Positions 60,630 through 64,000 of a stretch of DNA of 64,000 nucleotides are shown here, piece by piece; the stretch's first letter is position 1, and the number at the start of each line of letters is the position of its first letter. The DNA is taken from contig NC_068981.1 in assembly GCF_001194135.2 (NCBI RefSeq), positions 91,225,722 to 91,289,721 of the forward strand, given 5' to 3'. The notes beneath the pieces are model-generated. The model saw nothing but the letters and a program-made list of their open reading frames with translations, was not told where the DNA came from and searched no databases. A program made the position numbers and the translations under genes. The stretch comes from Octopus bimaculoides (lineage: Eukaryota).

Positions 60630-61066
60630 AGAGTGCAAATTGTAAATTATCCTTGTGCACAGGTGTGCAAATGATCACAACATGGTACGCATCTAAGTGT
60701 GAGATGTTTTATTTGATGTCTGTGCACATTTACCCGGTTGGTTAGTTTCGTTTTCGTTTCCCCAATATAATGTTCGTTGCATCGTGGGCATGTGATACAA
60801 TACATCAGGTATTTGCTTTTACAGTTCATATTTGCATTCACTTTCAATTCTTTTACATTCTTGAATTTTTTTACTGGTCCCTGTTCTATCAAATCACATG
60901 TCCCACAACAGGGGTCCCCACATTTGGTAACTTGCATTATTTCTTCCTCTGATGCAAATCTTGCTTTCCTTAGAAGTTTCTTAAGATTTGTAGGTTGCCT
61001 TCGGCTGTTGATTATTTGTTGTTCCTTCATTATTTGTCGGAGACATGGGGACCGGTGTAGAATTGG
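60630..61066 (-). pseudogene. Penelope-like element: Cys-rich linker plus GIY-YIG endonuclease fragment
   Basis: RRQPTNLKKLL, KCGDPCCGTC, NMNCKSKYLMYCITCPRCNEHYIGETKTKLTNRVNVHRHQI; truncated by a gap. Confidence 0.85.
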
Positions 61067-61254
61067 NNNNNNNNNNNNNNNNNNNNNNNNNNNNNNNNNN
61101 NNNNNNNNNNNNNNNNNNNNNNNNNNNNNNNNNNNNNNNNNNNNNNNNNNNNNNNNNNNNNNNNNNNNNNNNNNNNNNNNNNNNNNNNNNNNNNNNNNNN
61201 NNNNNNNNNNNNNNNNNNNNNNNNNNNNNNNNNNNNNNNNNNNNNNNNNNNNNN

Positions 61255-61291
<37 letters not shown>

Positions 61292-61292
<1 letters not shown>

Positions 61293-61465
61293 GTGATCTG
61301 ATCAATAAGTATCCGGACTGTTGTCATGGTCAATGCGACGATCACATAGGAAATGCGCTGGTCGTTAAAACTTAGTTAAGGTCAATATTTGCGAAGCTGT
61401 TTTACTTTACATGTTTTAGCTTCGTTACTATAGCAGCAGTCCGGATACTTATTGATCATGCCTCG
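61292..61465 (-). mobile_element. 174-bp mariner-derived MITE
   Basis: TIRs cgtgatctgatcaataagtatccggactg and RC cgaggcatgatcaataagtatccggactg; TA at 61290-91 and 61466-67. Confidence 0.9.
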
Positions 61466-61499
61466 TACACGTAAAGTTACTAATGAATGGATGTGCGTT

Positions 61500-61532
<33 letters not shown>

Positions 61533-61596
61533 ATGCGTGTATGCGTGTGCGTGCGTATACATGTATACACCCACTCTTTTACGTGTATATACATAC

Positions 61597-61666
<70 letters not shown>

Positions 61667-63077
61667 CATCTAATTATGCATGTTTAGCTTCTGAAATAAT
61701 GTTCCTCACTTCATTAAGTATTCAAGCCACAATCTCTTTCCAAAGCTGTCACAATTTAAAATTTTGCAGCATTTTAATTAGAGTTCTAGTTAACCCTATA
61801 TAGCACCGTCTTATCAATGTTTATCAAAGAATTATACGCTAATAGTTTAACAAGTAATGCTTTTCTGTCTTGATTTGTTTCATATTTTATCTTATAATAT
61901 TCTGTAATGATTTCTTCTTCTAAATACAAGTCTATCCGATGAGAGAGATCGTATTCGCGCCTAATTTTTAGTGTGATGTAGAATTGTGATTCACATATTT
62001 TACAATATCAGTGTTTTGGAAATTTTAAACAGGAATACATGCTGTGGCTTCCAGATTTTCCCTTTCTTATCGATCTTTAATTTTATTGACCTTCAAATAC
62101 ACATTATGAAATACGGATATCTTTTGCAATACATATATGATTGAATCAAGGGTACATGCATTGCACACGTTAAAGGTCAGAACTTGGAAAGCTTTTATAG
62201 ATCACATTTGTAATCACGTAACAACATATCATTTACAATTATTCCGTTCGAATCTCACTTTACATTCTGTCTTTATTGTAATTTAGATTTTATTTCAATT
62301 TAGAGTTGAATAGTTCTTATATTTAAATTTAAGGAGCTGAAAAACTTAAATTAATGAGGTTATTCACCCATTTAACGTCTGCGTGTGTTCTGATTCGATT
62401 TTATTGTGAAATTTTATAATTTCAATATAGCCAAGTACTTAAAGTTTTTTTTTAGGAAATAAAATCAACGCTGATGAGATTGAATATTCCTTTTACAAAA
62501 AACGGTTGGAAATAACAGGCTAATTTCAGTTTATTCTCTCTTCAACTGGCAATACGTAAAAGCGCTCAGTACATCGTGTCATGCATATATTCTTATAATG
62601 CGGACTAGGATTATGAAGGAAAGATCTGAGGAAAGTAGTTCAGAGGAGCGATTTGCCTGCTAAATGGACAACTGTTTCAGTCTGTCATGTAAAATAGCGT
62701 TTGTCACATAAAGTAGTGGGTTGAAATTAATTTATAACCTGAGATTATTGGCCCAGTCATTAGACTGTTGGGGTTTAAGCTAAAAATATAACGATAACCC
62801 AATAAAGTTATCAGATTGAATAATTTGAAAAAAGTAAGATTAGGGATATCGTGAGTCTAAAGCCAAATTGCTAAATCACCTCGGTCGTATTAGTCCTCCA
62901 GCAAATTATATTCTACTGAAGGTAAGTTCTCACATTTATATTACTGTCATGACCAGTTTTAATACAAACACTCTACATCTTGCCGTCTGAGTAAAAAATC
63001 TCGATTAATCGGAGACGTACAATTTACAGAAGTGAGTCTTTAACCTATGTGCTTAAAAAAAAAATTCATCTGAGATT

Positions 63078-63855
63078 CGTGGTGGTATCAAAACGTTCCC
63101 GGACTAGTTCTGTAGTGCTCCAACAGATGGCACCATAACATTGTGTACGCGTTGAGAGCTAGCAGTGACCTTCATGAGGGTGTGTGCCGAGTGACATCGC
63201 TGTGTTTACTTCGCAAGTTGTGAAATTTGTTTTTTTTTATAACCTCTATGCTGTTGTCTGCGAATTTTGTCATGAGCAAGAAGTTGGGGCAAAAGGCCAA
63301 CGCGAAATACTGCGTTAAACTTGGAAAGACTTCAACAGAGACATTGAGCATGCCTTGGCAAGCTTACAGCGACAAGGCAATGGGTCATACGCAATGTTTC
63401 GAGTGGCACTGGAACTTCAAATTCGGAAGAACGTTCCTGTAAGACGATAAGCGATGTAATAGAACTGCCACGAGCGTCACCACCGGAAATATGGAGAAAA
63501 GTCATCAGCTTGTGCATAAATATCGTTGGAGGACAATGAACAACGTTTTAAAGCGTTTACGGAAGGACATTCAGCCAAAGCGACTGGATCTCGGGAGCGG
63601 GAGGAATTGGATTATTCACGATGACAATTCACCCTATCACGTTTTAACACTGTTGTCGAGATCTCGAGAGAATCGCAGGTCCTCCACTTGCTTACGGAAC
63701 ACGACTTCCAGACTGCATTCCAAAGCTGCATGTATGTTGGAACCGGTGTGTTGCTGCACAAGTTGGCTATTTTGAAGGAGATGATATTAAAACTTGGGTA
63801 AATAAGTTATATTTCATTAAATATAACCAGTTTGGGAAATTTGGATACCACCTTG
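63078..63855 (+). mobile_element. Internally deleted mariner (~780 bp)
   Basis: TIRs cgtggtggtatcaaaacgttccc and RC caaggtggtatccaaatttccc; KYCVKLGKTSTETLSM, CFEWH, VLKRLRKDI, WIIHDDNSP. Confidence 0.85.
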
Positions 63856-64000
63856 TACTAGAAAGTTTCTTGATATTCCTAATCAAATTAAAAGCAATAC
63901 TTTCATTCTAGTATGCCTATACTGATCACTTTTAAGTTTCGCTAACTGGCTTACATGTGGCTGTTTAATAAGCATCTGTGCTAATGATGCTGAAAGTTGC

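Overview
Animal (non-microbial) genomic DNA: very AT-rich, ten N gaps, and dense in microsatellites and transposon debris. The tRNA-derived SINE repertoire suggests an octopus draft scaffold (inference from memory of those families, not a database result). I found no intact host gene, rRNA, tRNA or CRISPR array; one weak candidate exon is at 39712-39948. Most listed ORFs are microsatellite or gap artefacts. DNA transposon remnants: two mariners, a maT/DD37D-type Tc1/mariner, a near full-length POGK/Passer-like pogo (DD35D), a Chapaev-type element, MITEs/foldbacks and Helentron-type HINEs. Retroelement remnants: CR1-like, RTE, R4/Dong and Tx1/L1 LINEs, several Penelope-like (GIY-YIG) elements, and three SINE families. 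The most interesting signals are candidate minimal hammerhead ribozymes at Penelope termini (including a pair with a compensatory U3-A8 core), a decayed 78-nt/26-aa coding-like repeat caught in a template-switch inverted duplication, a doubly deleted LINE that keeps a CCCH ORF1, and a templated hairpin scar in a Dong element. All alignments and folds were done by eye; boundaries without a TIR or TSD are approximate.
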